Below are positions 56,026-64,000 of a stretch of DNA of 64,000 nt, piece after piece. Position numbers and translations under genes: made by a program. Position 1 is the stretch's first letter. Each line of letters starts with the position of its first letter. The notes under the pieces were generated by a model. The model saw only the letters and a list, made by a program, of their open reading frames with translations. It made no database searches and was not told where the DNA came from. Source of the DNA: an uncultured Chloroflexia bacterium (GTDB taxonomy: Bacteria; Chloroflexota; Dehalococcoidia; Dehalococcoidales; UBA2162); assembly GCA_963735055.1 (NCBI GenBank), contig CAVTJN010000004.1, forward strand, positions 152,914-216,913. The letters are read 5' to 3'.

Positions 56026-57063
56026 ATGTGGAACACGTTAGGACAGACCAAAGCGCTGTCGCTCCTTGAAAGCAGCCTGATGAAAGGGCATCTGGCACAT
56101 GCTTACCTATTCGTGGGCCCGGCCCACGTTGGCAAGATGACCCTGGCCCGTGACCTGGCCAGAGCATTGAACTGCGAATCGGGGGAACCACCGTGTGGCG
56201 AGTGTACTCCGTGCCTCAGGATCGCAGGCGGAAAGCATTCAGATCTCCTGGAACAGGGCCTCAGCAAGAACCCGGAAGGGAAGACGCTGACCGAAATAAA
56301 CGTCGAAGACATCAAGCAAATGCAGCATTGGGCCAACCTGCCACCTTTTGAAGGCAGGCGCAAGGTCTTCGTCATTGACGGAGCCGAACTGCTGTCACTC
56401 GAGGCGGCCAACCGCCTGCTCAAGACTCTCGAGGAGCCGGCGGATGCCATCGTCTTCATACTGCTGACCTCTAAGGAAGAACTCCTACCGGCGACCGTGG
56501 TGTCCCGATGCCAGCGTGTTGAACTGACGCCAATGCCGGCTCACCAGGTCGAAGCGGCGCTGATCGAGAAATGGTCGGTCCAACCGGATCGAGCCCGGCT
56601 CCTCGCCCACCTGTCGAGCGGCTGTTTGGGATGGGCTGTATCCGCCATCGCCGACGGATCGCTTGACCGCCACACGGAGGCTATGGACGAAATCATTGAA
56701 GTCGCCGGGGGTGATCTGGAGGCTCGGTTTGCCTACGCCGCGCAGCTGGCGACGGAATTCGCGCAGAACCGCGAACGTGTGCAGCAGAAGCTCGGTCTGT
56801 GGATCGGCTGGTGGCATGACCTGCTTCTGATGAAGACCCGACTAGTCGAGGCGATAATGAACGTGGACCGGCTGGAGACGCTCACAGGGACAGCCGGGGC
56901 ACTGAGCCTGGGGCAAATACGGTCCGGTATTGAAAGCATCAGTCTGGCCAGGGACCAGCTAAAGCAGAATGCCAACGCCCGGTTGGCTCTGGAGGTGCTT
57001 ATGCTGAGCTTACCGATGGCCGGTCAGAACGAAGTGGTGACAGGGATGGGGACCAATCCCTGA
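56026..57063 (+). CDS. holB: DNA polymerase III delta' subunit
   Basis: 'AHAYLFVGPAHVGKMTLA', zinc module 'CE...PCGECTPC', 'KVFVIDGAE'. Confidence 0.85.
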   Translation: MWNTLGQTKALSLLESSLMKGHLAHAYLFVGPAHVGKMTLARDLARALNCESGEPPCGECTPCLRIAGGKHSDLLEQGLSKNPEGKTLTEINVEDIKQMQHWANLPPFEGRRKVFVIDGAELLSLEAANRLLKTLEEPADAIVFILLTSKEELLPATVVSRCQRVELTPMPAHQVEAALIEKWSVQPDRARLLAHLSSGCLGWAVSAIADGSLDRHTEAMDEIIEVAGGDLEARFAYAAQLATEFAQNRERVQQKLGLWIGWWHDLLLMKTRLVEAIMNVDRLETLTGTAGALSLGQIRSGIESISLARDQLKQNANARLALEVLMLSLPMAGQNEVVTGMGTNP

Positions 57064-57073
57064 TGGGGGAGAT

Positions 57074-57907
57074 ATGAGCATTGTCGGCATCAGATTCAGG
57101 CCGGTCAGTAAGACCTACTATTTTGACCCAGCAGGTCTTGACCTGAAGATTGACGACCAGGTCGTGGTCGAAACCGCCCGCGGTCTCGAGTTGGGACAGG
57201 TGGTGATCGCGCCGAGGGACGTGCCCGCGGAAGAAATCCCGGAACCGCTCAAACCGGTGATCCGCAAAGCGGAGCCGGAAGACTTCAGGCGGATGAAGGA
57301 GTTCGAAGCCCGGGAGAAGGACTCGCTGGCCGAGGGCGCCAAGGTCGTGGAGAGGCTGAAGCTGCCGATGAAACTGATCTCGGCAGAGTACAACCTTGAC
57401 GGTAGCCGGGTTACAGTGTACTTCACTGCTGAGGAGCGGGTCGACTTCCGGGAGCTCGTCCGCGAGTTGGCCGGAAGATTCCGGGCCCGAGTAGAATTAC
57501 GCCAGGTAGGGCCGCGAGACGAAGCCAAGATCGTCGGGGGCTACGGGCGGTGCGGGCGCCCGCTTTGCTGCGGGACGTTCTTGAGCGAGCTCGCCCCGGT
57601 GTCGATGAAAATGGCCAAGGACCAGGGCCTACCGCTCAATCCGATGAAGATCTCCGGTTGCTGCGGCCGTTTGATGTGCTGCCTCAGCTACGAATGCCAG
57701 CAGTATCGCGAGATGCGCAAGAATCTACCGAGGGAAGGCCAACGCGTCACGACTCCTTCGGGGGCGGGCAAGGTGGTGGGCGTCAATCCGCTGATTGAGA
57801 CGCTTCTGGTACGCCTTGACGAGAGCCTCGTGACCGTCGAGTTGCCGGCCGCGGATGTGGCCCCCGAAGGTAAGCCGGAAGTGCCGGAACCCAACGCCCA
57901 AAGCTAA
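57074..57907 (+). CDS. ricT: PSP1-domain protein / RicT (YaaT)-like
   Basis: PSP1-like core with Cys clusters 'GRPLCCGTFL' and 'GCCGRLMCCLSYE'. Confidence 0.8.
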   Translation: MSIVGIRFRPVSKTYYFDPAGLDLKIDDQVVVETARGLELGQVVIAPRDVPAEEIPEPLKPVIRKAEPEDFRRMKEFEAREKDSLAEGAKVVERLKLPMKLISAEYNLDGSRVTVYFTAEERVDFRELVRELAGRFRARVELRQVGPRDEAKIVGGYGRCGRPLCCGTFLSELAPVSMKMAKDQGLPLNPMKISGCCGRLMCCLSYECQQYREMRKNLPREGQRVTTPSGAGKVVGVNPLIETLLVRLDESLVTVELPAADVAPEGKPEVPEPNAQS

Positions 57908-57942
57908 GAGTGGTTTTCACGGCCCAAGGGGGGCAGAGCCAG

Positions 57943-58581
57943 ATGGTCAGATCCAGGGTTCCCTCCTTTGTCGAAGAGAACCGGCTGCGCCGGCAGGGCT
58001 ACCGACTCATCGCCGGCGTCGACGAGGTGGGCCGCGGGGCGCTGGCGGGGCCGGTCATGGCCGCGGCGGTAATTCTGCCTCCGCAGATCCGGCCTCGATG
58101 GCGGGCAAGGGTCAGGGACAGCAAGCTGCTCAGCCCGGCACAGCGCGAAGCGCTGTTCGAACCGATCTGCGAGGTTGCCGTGGCGATTGGGGTTGGCTCG
58201 GTAGACTCCTGGACGATCGAAACGATTGGAATCGCCCGTGCCACGCAAATAGCCATGCTGCAGGCGATCGGGCAGCTTTCCCCTCCGGCCGAAACGCTCC
58301 TCATCGACTACTTCCGAATACCTGGGATAAAGGTGCCGCAGAAGGGCGTGGTAGACGGGGACACCTTGTGTTTCTCGATTGCCTGCGCTTCCATTGTCGC
58401 TAAAGTCACCCGCGACCGACTCATGGACGGCTACGATCTGAGCTACCCGGGATATCTGTTCGCCCGGCACAAAGGCTACGGCACGGCCCGCCACCTGGCC
58501 TGTCTGCAACGCCTTGGCCCATCGCCGATCCACCGCCGGACATTTGAGCCGGTGGCCGATGTCCTGAACCGGGAGCGGTGA
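57943..58581 (+). CDS. rnhB: ribonuclease HII
   Basis: 'IAGVDEVGRGALAGPV', 'DSKLLS', 'ASIVAKV'. ATG 57943 preferred over GTG 57910. Confidence 0.9.
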   Translation: MVRSRVPSFVEENRLRRQGYRLIAGVDEVGRGALAGPVMAAAVILPPQIRPRWRARVRDSKLLSPAQREALFEPICEVAVAIGVGSVDSWTIETIGIARATQIAMLQAIGQLSPPAETLLIDYFRIPGIKVPQKGVVDGDTLCFSIACASIVAKVTRDRLMDGYDLSYPGYLFARHKGYGTARHLACLQRLGPSPIHRRTFEPVADVLNRER

Positions 58582-58591
58582 CTTCCAGCCG

Positions 58592-58960
58592 ATGATGAAA
58601 CGCATCGAAACCGGCGCCCTGGGGGAGAAGATAGCCTGCGCTTTTCTGAAGAAACGAGGGTACCGGATCATCGAAACCAACTTCAGGTGCCGTGAAGGCG
58701 AGATCGACATCGTTGCCCGGCAACGCGACTGCCTCGTTTTCGTTGAAGTCAGGACTAAGACCAGCCTCGACTTCGGCACGCCGGAGGAGTCGATCACGGC
58801 GGCCAAGCGGCGCAAAATGCGGGTTACGGCACGCCGGTACCGTCAGTCGCACGAAAAGCTGCCGGAGTCATGGCGCATTGATTTCGTGGCGGTTGAGATG
58901 AACGACCGGGGAAAGGCGACTCGGGTCGAGATCTTCGAGAGCGCAGTCGGCGAAGAATAG
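58592..58960 (+). CDS. yraN: YraN-family (UPF0102) endonuclease-like protein
   Basis: 'GALGEKIACAFLKKRGYRIIETNFRCREGEIDIVA...LVFVEVR'. Confidence 0.85.
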   Translation: MMKRIETGALGEKIACAFLKKRGYRIIETNFRCREGEIDIVARQRDCLVFVEVRTKTSLDFGTPEESITAAKRRKMRVTARRYRQSHEKLPESWRIDFVAVEMNDRGKATRVEIFESAVGEE

Positions 58961-59008
58961 ACCCTCGAGACAGTCTGTGCTAACATTGCCCCGGGTAGAA
59001 ACCGGCCG

Positions 59009-59353
59009 ATGCCGATATATGAATACCGATGCTCCAAATGTCACTCCCGGTTCTCCGTCCTGGTGCGGGGCAAGCCGGCCGCGGCTGATGCCGCCTGTCC
59101 TCGCTGTGGCGAGCCTAAGGCGGAACGGCTGATGTCCACCTTTGCCTACCACAGATCGATGCAGGCGATTCATGAAGAGGCAGGAGAACCAACGATGGAA
59201 TCAAGCCCCGATTTCTATCGTGATCCGCGGAACATCGGCCGCTGGACGGAGAAGAGATTCGGCGACCTGGGTATGGCAGTGCCGCCGGAAATCCGTCAGG
59301 AAATCGATGCCGCCCGGGACGGCCAATTGCCGGATTCGCTGGCCGGCGAGTAA
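59009..59353 (+). CDS. FmdB-family zinc-ribbon protein
   Basis: 'MPIYEYRCSKCHSRFSVL...CPRCG'. Confidence 0.75.
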   Translation: MPIYEYRCSKCHSRFSVLVRGKPAAADAACPRCGEPKAERLMSTFAYHRSMQAIHEEAGEPTMESSPDFYRDPRNIGRWTEKRFGDLGMAVPPEIRQEIDAARDGQLPDSLAGE

Positions 59354-59365
59354 GCTGGAGAGGTC

Positions 59366-60415
59366 GTGGATAGATCGGAGTTACGCATCATCGACGCTAA
59401 CCTCAACCGCACCGCCGAAGGGCTGCGGGTGCTCGAGGATATTGCCCGTCTTACGCTGAACCACGCCAACCTGAGCGCCACCCTGAAGGCGATGCGGCAT
59501 CGCCTGGTCCACACCGATCCCGCGTTTCAGCAGGAACTAGTATGGTCGCGGGACGCTGACGGAGACGTTGGCCGCAACACCATCGTTTCCGGCGAAAAAG
59601 CCGGCGGGGATCTCCGGTCCGTCCTGGTAGCCAATGCCCGCCGCGCCCAGGAATCGCTCCGCGTCCTCGAGGAAATGACCAAACTCCCGGGGATTCTCAC
59701 CAACCCCGATTCGGAGACCTTCATGCAGGCGCGGTTCCACCTTTATACGATCGAACAGCAAATGCTGGCGCTGCTGCTACGCCAGGAGAAACTGAGACGT
59801 CTGACGGGCCTGTACGTGATCATAGACGGACAGTGGCTCCAAGGCCGGAGCCACGCCGAGATCACCCGCCAGGCAATACGCGGCGGCGCCCGGGTCATCC
59901 AACTCCGGGAAAAGACGATGCTCAGGAAGGACCTATTGCCCCTGGCCCGGGACCTGAGGCAAATCTGCGCCGAACTGAACGCCCTTTTCGTGGTCAATGA
60001 TTACCTTGATGTCGCCCTTGACGTGGGTGCCGACGGCCTCCACGTCGGTCAGGATGACCTGCCGGTGGCCGCCGCCCGACGGCTGCTGAGACCGGACCAG
60101 CTTCTCGGTTGTTCGGCCAGTACGGTCGCTGAGGCACTGGCGGCGCAGTCGGCCGGGGCGGACCACCTCGCGGTGGGCTCGATCTTCGCGACCTCGACCA
60201 AGGATATCGATGTGGTCGGTATTGACCGACTCGCTGAGATCAGGCGGGCGGTATCGGCACCCGTCGTTGCCATCGGGGGAATCAACCAGGGTAACGCAGC
60301 CGCGGTGATGGCCGCCGGGGCAAGCGCCGTGGCCGTAATCAGCACAATCGTCAGCGCAGCCGATCCGGAATCGGCCGCCCGCGGGCTGGCAAATATAGTT
60401 GAGGGAAGAGGATGA
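59366..60415 (+). CDS. thiE: thiamine-phosphate synthase with N-terminal extra domain
   Basis: C-terminal TIM-barrel half 'LYVIIDG...GARVIQLREK...DGLHVGQDD...GGI'. The ~130-aa N-terminal helical domain is of unclear role. Confidence 0.85.
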   Translation: MDRSELRIIDANLNRTAEGLRVLEDIARLTLNHANLSATLKAMRHRLVHTDPAFQQELVWSRDADGDVGRNTIVSGEKAGGDLRSVLVANARRAQESLRVLEEMTKLPGILTNPDSETFMQARFHLYTIEQQMLALLLRQEKLRRLTGLYVIIDGQWLQGRSHAEITRQAIRGGARVIQLREKTMLRKDLLPLARDLRQICAELNALFVVNDYLDVALDVGADGLHVGQDDLPVAAARRLLRPDQLLGCSASTVAEALAAQSAGADHLAVGSIFATSTKDIDVVGIDRLAEIRRAVSAPVVAIGGINQGNAAAVMAAGASAVAVISTIVSAADPESAARGLANIVEGRG

Positions 60416-61041
60416 GCGACAATCTGGACTCGATCGCTGAACAGATCAGGCTGAGCTTAGCGGCGAAAGACGCGGCCCGGGAAAAGGCCCTGCCGGTGTG
60501 TCGCGAGGCGATCCGTTTTTGCAGCCAATCGATCCGCTCCATTCACCGCCAGGAGTTTGCTGAGGCCGTGGACCTGCTCCGGTCGGCAGGCGCCCTCATC
60601 AAAGAGGCAGAGCTATCTCTGGTAGGGAGCCCGGAAGTGATGAATACCGGCTTCTTACGCGACGCTCAGAAAGAATACGCTGAGGGAACGCTTCTTCTGG
60701 CGCTGGTCACAGGCAAACCGACACCGGGCCCGGCGGATCTAGGGATTGACTCGGCGGCATATCTCAATGGGTTGGGCGAGGCAGTGGGCGAGTTGAGACG
60801 CTACCTGCTGGATGGCATGCGGCACGGCGACCTGACCAGAGGTGAAGAACTGCTGGCGGCGATGGACGACATCTACAGCGTCCTGGTCACCATGGATTTC
60901 CCGGACGCCATCACCGGCGGCCTGAGACGTACCACGGACATGGTCCGCGGCGTGCTGGAAAAGACCCGCAGCGACCTGACGCTCGTCATCCGGCAGACAG
61001 CTTTGGAGAAGAAACTGGGAAACCTCGACCGGACGGTGTAG
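60412..61041 (+). CDS. translin-family protein
   Basis: 'AAYLNGLGEAVGELRRYLLD' resembles the translin/TRAX 'YLxGxxDxxGELxR' core. All-helical, ~209 aa. ATGA overlap with thiE. Confidence 0.6.
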   Translation: MSDNLDSIAEQIRLSLAAKDAAREKALPVCREAIRFCSQSIRSIHRQEFAEAVDLLRSAGALIKEAELSLVGSPEVMNTGFLRDAQKEYAEGTLLLALVTGKPTPGPADLGIDSAAYLNGLGEAVGELRRYLLDGMRHGDLTRGEELLAAMDDIYSVLVTMDFPDAITGGLRRTTDMVRGVLEKTRSDLTLVIRQTALEKKLGNLDRTV

Positions 61042-61070
61042 CACCCCGGCCGGTGCGACCAGGGCCTAGC

Positions 61071-61964
61071 CTACTTCAGCGGAAGATCGATCTTGTATTT
61101 ACCGACGATGTCCATTATCTGTGCCGCCGTTCTGGCGTCCGGTTCATAGAGCGGGGGGCGTGGCTTGCCAACTCTGAACCCCACCTGGTTCAAGGCGTAC
61201 TTGACCGGGACGGGATTGGAAATCACGAAGAGCCCGCTGAATATCGGCATCAAGTGTCCGTGAAGCTCGGCCGCCCGCTGCATCTTACCTTCAACGAAGC
61301 TGCTGATCATCTCGCCTATCTGATTTCCCACCAGATGCGAAGCCACGCTGATCACACCGTACGCCCCAATGGCCAGCATGGGCAACGTGTCGCTATCATT
61401 GCCGCTCCAGACGATGAAGTCATTGCGGCTGCCGGCAATAATACGGGTAATCTGCTCAAGGTTACCGCTGGCTTCCTTGACCCCGATAATGTTCTTGACT
61501 TGACTGAGCCTGATCACGGTCTCGGCGGCCAGATTGGTGATGGTCCGCGAGGGCACATTATAGAGGATACAGGGTAGGCTGGTACTTTCAGCGATTGCTT
61601 TGAAATGCATATAGAGGCCGTCCTGGGTCGGCTTGTTGTAATAGGGCACCACCAAAAGACAAGCATCGACGCCAATCTTCTCCGCCTCCCGGGTCGCCTC
61701 GATAGCCTCGGCAGTACTGTTGCTGCCGGTGCCCGCGATAACCGAGGCGCGGTCCCCGACGGCCGCCTTGATATCCCGGAACAAGCGCAATTCCTCGGGG
61801 CGGAGGAGGGTGGGCGACTCGCCAGTGGTGCCGACCACTACCAAGCCCTCGCTGCCGGAGTCCACCAGGGCGCGCGCAAGCTTCTTCGCCTGCTCGTAAT
61901 CGACGCCCCCGTTATCATCGAATGGCGTCACCATGGCAGTAATGAGTCGTCCGATCTTCTTCAT
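61071..61964 (-). CDS. dapA: 4-hydroxy-tetrahydrodipicolinate synthase
   Basis: 'VVVGTTGESPTL', 'YNVPSRT', Schiff-base Lys context 'IIGVKEASGN'. Confidence 0.92.
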   Translation of the reverse strand: MKKIGRLITAMVTPFDDNGGVDYEQAKKLARALVDSGSEGLVVVGTTGESPTLLRPEELRLFRDIKAAVGDRASVIAGTGSNSTAEAIEATREAEKIGVDACLLVVPYYNKPTQDGLYMHFKAIAESTSLPCILYNVPSRTITNLAAETVIRLSQVKNIIGVKEASGNLEQITRIIAGSRNDFIVWSGNDSDTLPMLAIGAYGVISVASHLVGNQIGEMISSFVEGKMQRAAELHGHLMPIFSGLFVISNPVPVKYALNQVGFRVGKPRPPLYEPDARTAAQIMDIVGKYKIDLPLK

Positions 61965-61974
61965 TCGGTCTCCC

Positions 61975-62766
61975 CTAGAGATTCAGCAGAGTATCGAGGC
62001 CGTAGATAAGTCCCTGGTGCTTGCCAACTTCTTTGACGGCGATTATGATGCCTGGCAGGTAGCATTCACGGTTAATGGTGTCATGGCGGATGCTGAGGGT
62101 CTGCCCGCTGGCCCCGAACAGGACTTCCTGGTGGGCCATGAGACCCGGCAACCGCACGCTGTGGATGGCCACGCCATCCACATCCTGACCGCGGCTGCCG
62201 GCCGGTCCCTGACCGGCGGCGTGACTGAATGGCTTTCCGCGGCTTTGCACCATCGCCCGGGCAGTCGACAAGGCGGTCCCCGAAGGCGCATCGGCCTTCA
62301 AGTGGTGGTGCAACTCGATTACCTCGGCGTAGTCCATGTATTTCGACACGATCCGGGCCAGGTGCATCATGAGGACGGCGCCCAGGGCAAAGTTGGACGC
62401 GACCACCACCCCGGTCTTGTGGGATTCGGCCTGTTGCCGGATTTCTGCAATATCGCCGGCGCTGAGGCCGGTGGTGCCGATCACCATGTTGACGCCCCTG
62501 GCGACGGCAGTGCGCACGGCCGGAAGGGTGGCCTTGGCAATCGAAAAATCAACAATGACGTCAGGACACGCGGAACTCAGAATGGTATCCAGATTACTGG
62601 AAAAAGGCACGGCCCCCGAACCGTCCGGCAACTGGAGGGTGGGCTTGTCAGCTATTGCGTCGACAGCCCCCACCACCTGCAAGCCCGGATCACGGCAGAG
62701 ACCGCTAATGATCTCCTGGCCCATCTTACCGGCGGCGCCGTGAACAACGACTCTGATCGGGGTCAC
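61975..62766 (-). CDS. dapB: 4-hydroxy-tetrahydrodipicolinate reductase
   Basis: 'VVVHGAAGKMG', 'ELHHHLKADAPSGTA'. Confidence 0.92.
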   Translation of the reverse strand: MTPIRVVVHGAAGKMGQEIISGLCRDPGLQVVGAVDAIADKPTLQLPDGSGAVPFSSNLDTILSSACPDVIVDFSIAKATLPAVRTAVARGVNMVIGTTGLSAGDIAEIRQQAESHKTGVVVASNFALGAVLMMHLARIVSKYMDYAEVIELHHHLKADAPSGTALSTARAMVQSRGKPFSHAAGQGPAGSRGQDVDGVAIHSVRLPGLMAHQEVLFGASGQTLSIRHDTINRECYLPGIIIAVKEVGKHQGLIYGLDTLLNL

Positions 62767-62775
62767 GGTATTCCT

Positions 62776-64000
62776 CTATCTGCCGGGGCCGGATCGAGGC
62801 GGACCCCCGAAACCGGGCCGCGACGGCCGGAAGGGACGAGATTCTCTGTTCGGCGGTGCGCTCCCTCCAGACTCAGACGGAGGACCCTGATCCGGGGTTC
62901 TTTCGAGGACGGCCTTACGGGACAGCCCGATCTTGCCATCCTCGGAACGCAACACCTTCACGGTGACTTCGTCACCGAGACGAACCTCGTCCTCTACGTT
63001 GGCAACCCGGTAGTGGGCCAACTCGCTGATGTGGACCATGCCTTCTTTACCCGGCATGATTTCGACGAGAGCGCCAAAGGGCAAAATGCGGGTCACCTTT
63101 CCGGTGTAGACGGCACCGACTTCAACATCGCGGGTGAGGCCCTCGATCATGGCGATAGCCTTCCGGGCCGCGCTCTCATCAGGGGAGCCGACCACCACCG
63201 ACCCATCATCCTTGATGTCAATGGTCGTTTTGGTCTGCTCGATGATCGCCCGAATGGTCTTACCCCCGGGACCGATCACGGCGCCGATCTTATCGGTCGG
63301 GATATTGATCTTGTACATACGCGGCGCGTACGGGCTCATCTCGGGCCGGCTGGCGCTGATCGTTTTGTTCATAATGCCGAGAATAAACAAACGCGATTCA
63401 CGAGCCTGCTGGATCGTCTTCTGCACGATCTCCATGGAGAGGCCCTTGAGCTTGGTGTCCATCTGGATTCCGGTGATACCCTGACTCGTCCCGGCGACTT
63501 TGAAATCCATATCACCGTAGTTGTCTTCGAGGCCTTCGATGTCCGTCAGAATCAAGTATTTTCCCTGATCGTCGGTTACCAATCCGGTAGCGATGCCGGC
63601 CACGGCCCGCTTGACCGGGATACCGGCGTCCATCAACGACAGCGAACTGGCGCAAACACTGGCCATGGAGGTGCTTCCGCTGGAACTCAGCACCTCAGAC
63701 ACCAGACGCATGGTATAGGGGAAATCCTGCGCGGTGGGAATCACCGGCTCGAGCGACCTTTCAGCGAGGGCGCCGTGTCCGATTTCGCGCCGCCCCGGGC
63801 TACCCATGCGCTTCACTTCCCCGGTTGAGAATGGAGGCATGTTGTAGTGGTGAATGAACCGCTTCTTCTCCTCGATGCCCAGCCCATCAAGCTTCTGCTC
63901 CTCCCCGGCGGATCCAAGGGTGGTGATGGTAAGCACCTGGGTTTCGCCACGGGTGAACAGACCGGAACCGTGTATCCTGGGAAGCACGCCCACCTGGCAA
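62776..64000 (-). CDS. pnp: polynucleotide phosphorylase, C-terminal part (5' end beyond window)
   Basis: The frame is open to base 64000. Second RNase PH domain, KH '[15 protein letters not shown]', S1 '[20 protein letters not shown]', Gly/Arg/Pro-rich tail. Confidence 0.92.
   Translation of the reverse strand, partial: CQVGVLPRIHGSGLFTRGETQVLTITTLGSAGEEQKLDGLGIEEKKRFIHHYNMPPFSTGEVKRMGSPGRREIGHGALAERSLEPVIPTAQDFPYTMRLVSEVLSSSGSTSMASVCASSLSLMDAGIPVKRAVAGIATGLVTDDQGKYLILTDIEGLEDNYGDMDFKVAGTSQGITGIQMDTKLKGLSMEIVQKTIQQARESRLFILGIMNKTISASRPEMSPYAPRMYKINIPTDKIGAVIGPGGKTIRAIIEQTKTTIDIKDDGSVVVGSPDESAARKAIAMIEGLTRDVEVGAVYTGKVTRILPFGALVEIMPGKEGMVHISELAHYRVANVEDEVRLGDEVTVKVLRSEDGKIGLSRKAVLERTPDQGPPSESGGSAPPNRESRPFRPSRPGFGGPPRSGPGR

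Overview
This is a GC-rich (by eye roughly 60%) bacterial chromosomal segment, densely coded on both strands. I saw no rRNA, tRNA or CRISPR array. Gene content suggests an anaerobe, possibly Chloroflexota/Dehalococcoidia-like; that guess is low confidence. The supporting genes are 2-oxoacid:ferredoxin oxidoreductase, flavodiiron protein, a rubrerythrin-like protein, Ku/LigD, RicT, type-2 PyrF, and an IPMS-family synthase next to LeuCD-like and ICDH-like genes. Most of the window is housekeeping: glpK/G3P dehydrogenase, tatD, pyrF, lysA, holB, rnhB, thiE, dapAB and the pnp 3' part. The main finding is a tightly coupled six-gene plus-strand operon at 9145-17671. It encodes two very divergent FtsZ/tubulin-superfamily proteins. 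One is 914 aa with a long coiled-coil tail. The other has an N-terminal zinc ribbon. They sit with a secreted single-pass protein, a ~10-TM membrane protein and two helical proteins, and there is no cell-division (dcw) context. I read this as a candidate uncharacterised membrane-associated cytoskeletal or remodelling module. Other accessory features: an XRE-ImmA/IrrE pair that shares an operator-like 14-mer with the adjacent ABC-2 exporter operon; a GIY-YIG ORF bracketed by direct repeats and a MITE-like element; an orphan but intact terS-terL pair; a dispersed GGATTGCTTCGTCGC...TCGCAA(T/A)GAC repeat family at convergent gene ends, including a 3 x 43 bp tandem array; and a Ku/LigD locus. Eight clear apparent frameshifts, plus two possible ones, lie between 28 and 52 kb. 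They affect the pilB-like gene (twice), ligD, the DUF72 gene (twice), the OFOR alpha gene, fprA and the tail of the IPMS-family gene. All need the same net +1 correction and all sit in homopolymer or dinucleotide runs, so assembly error is more likely than biology, but this needs checking. All calls rest on by-eye motif recognition; no searches were run.
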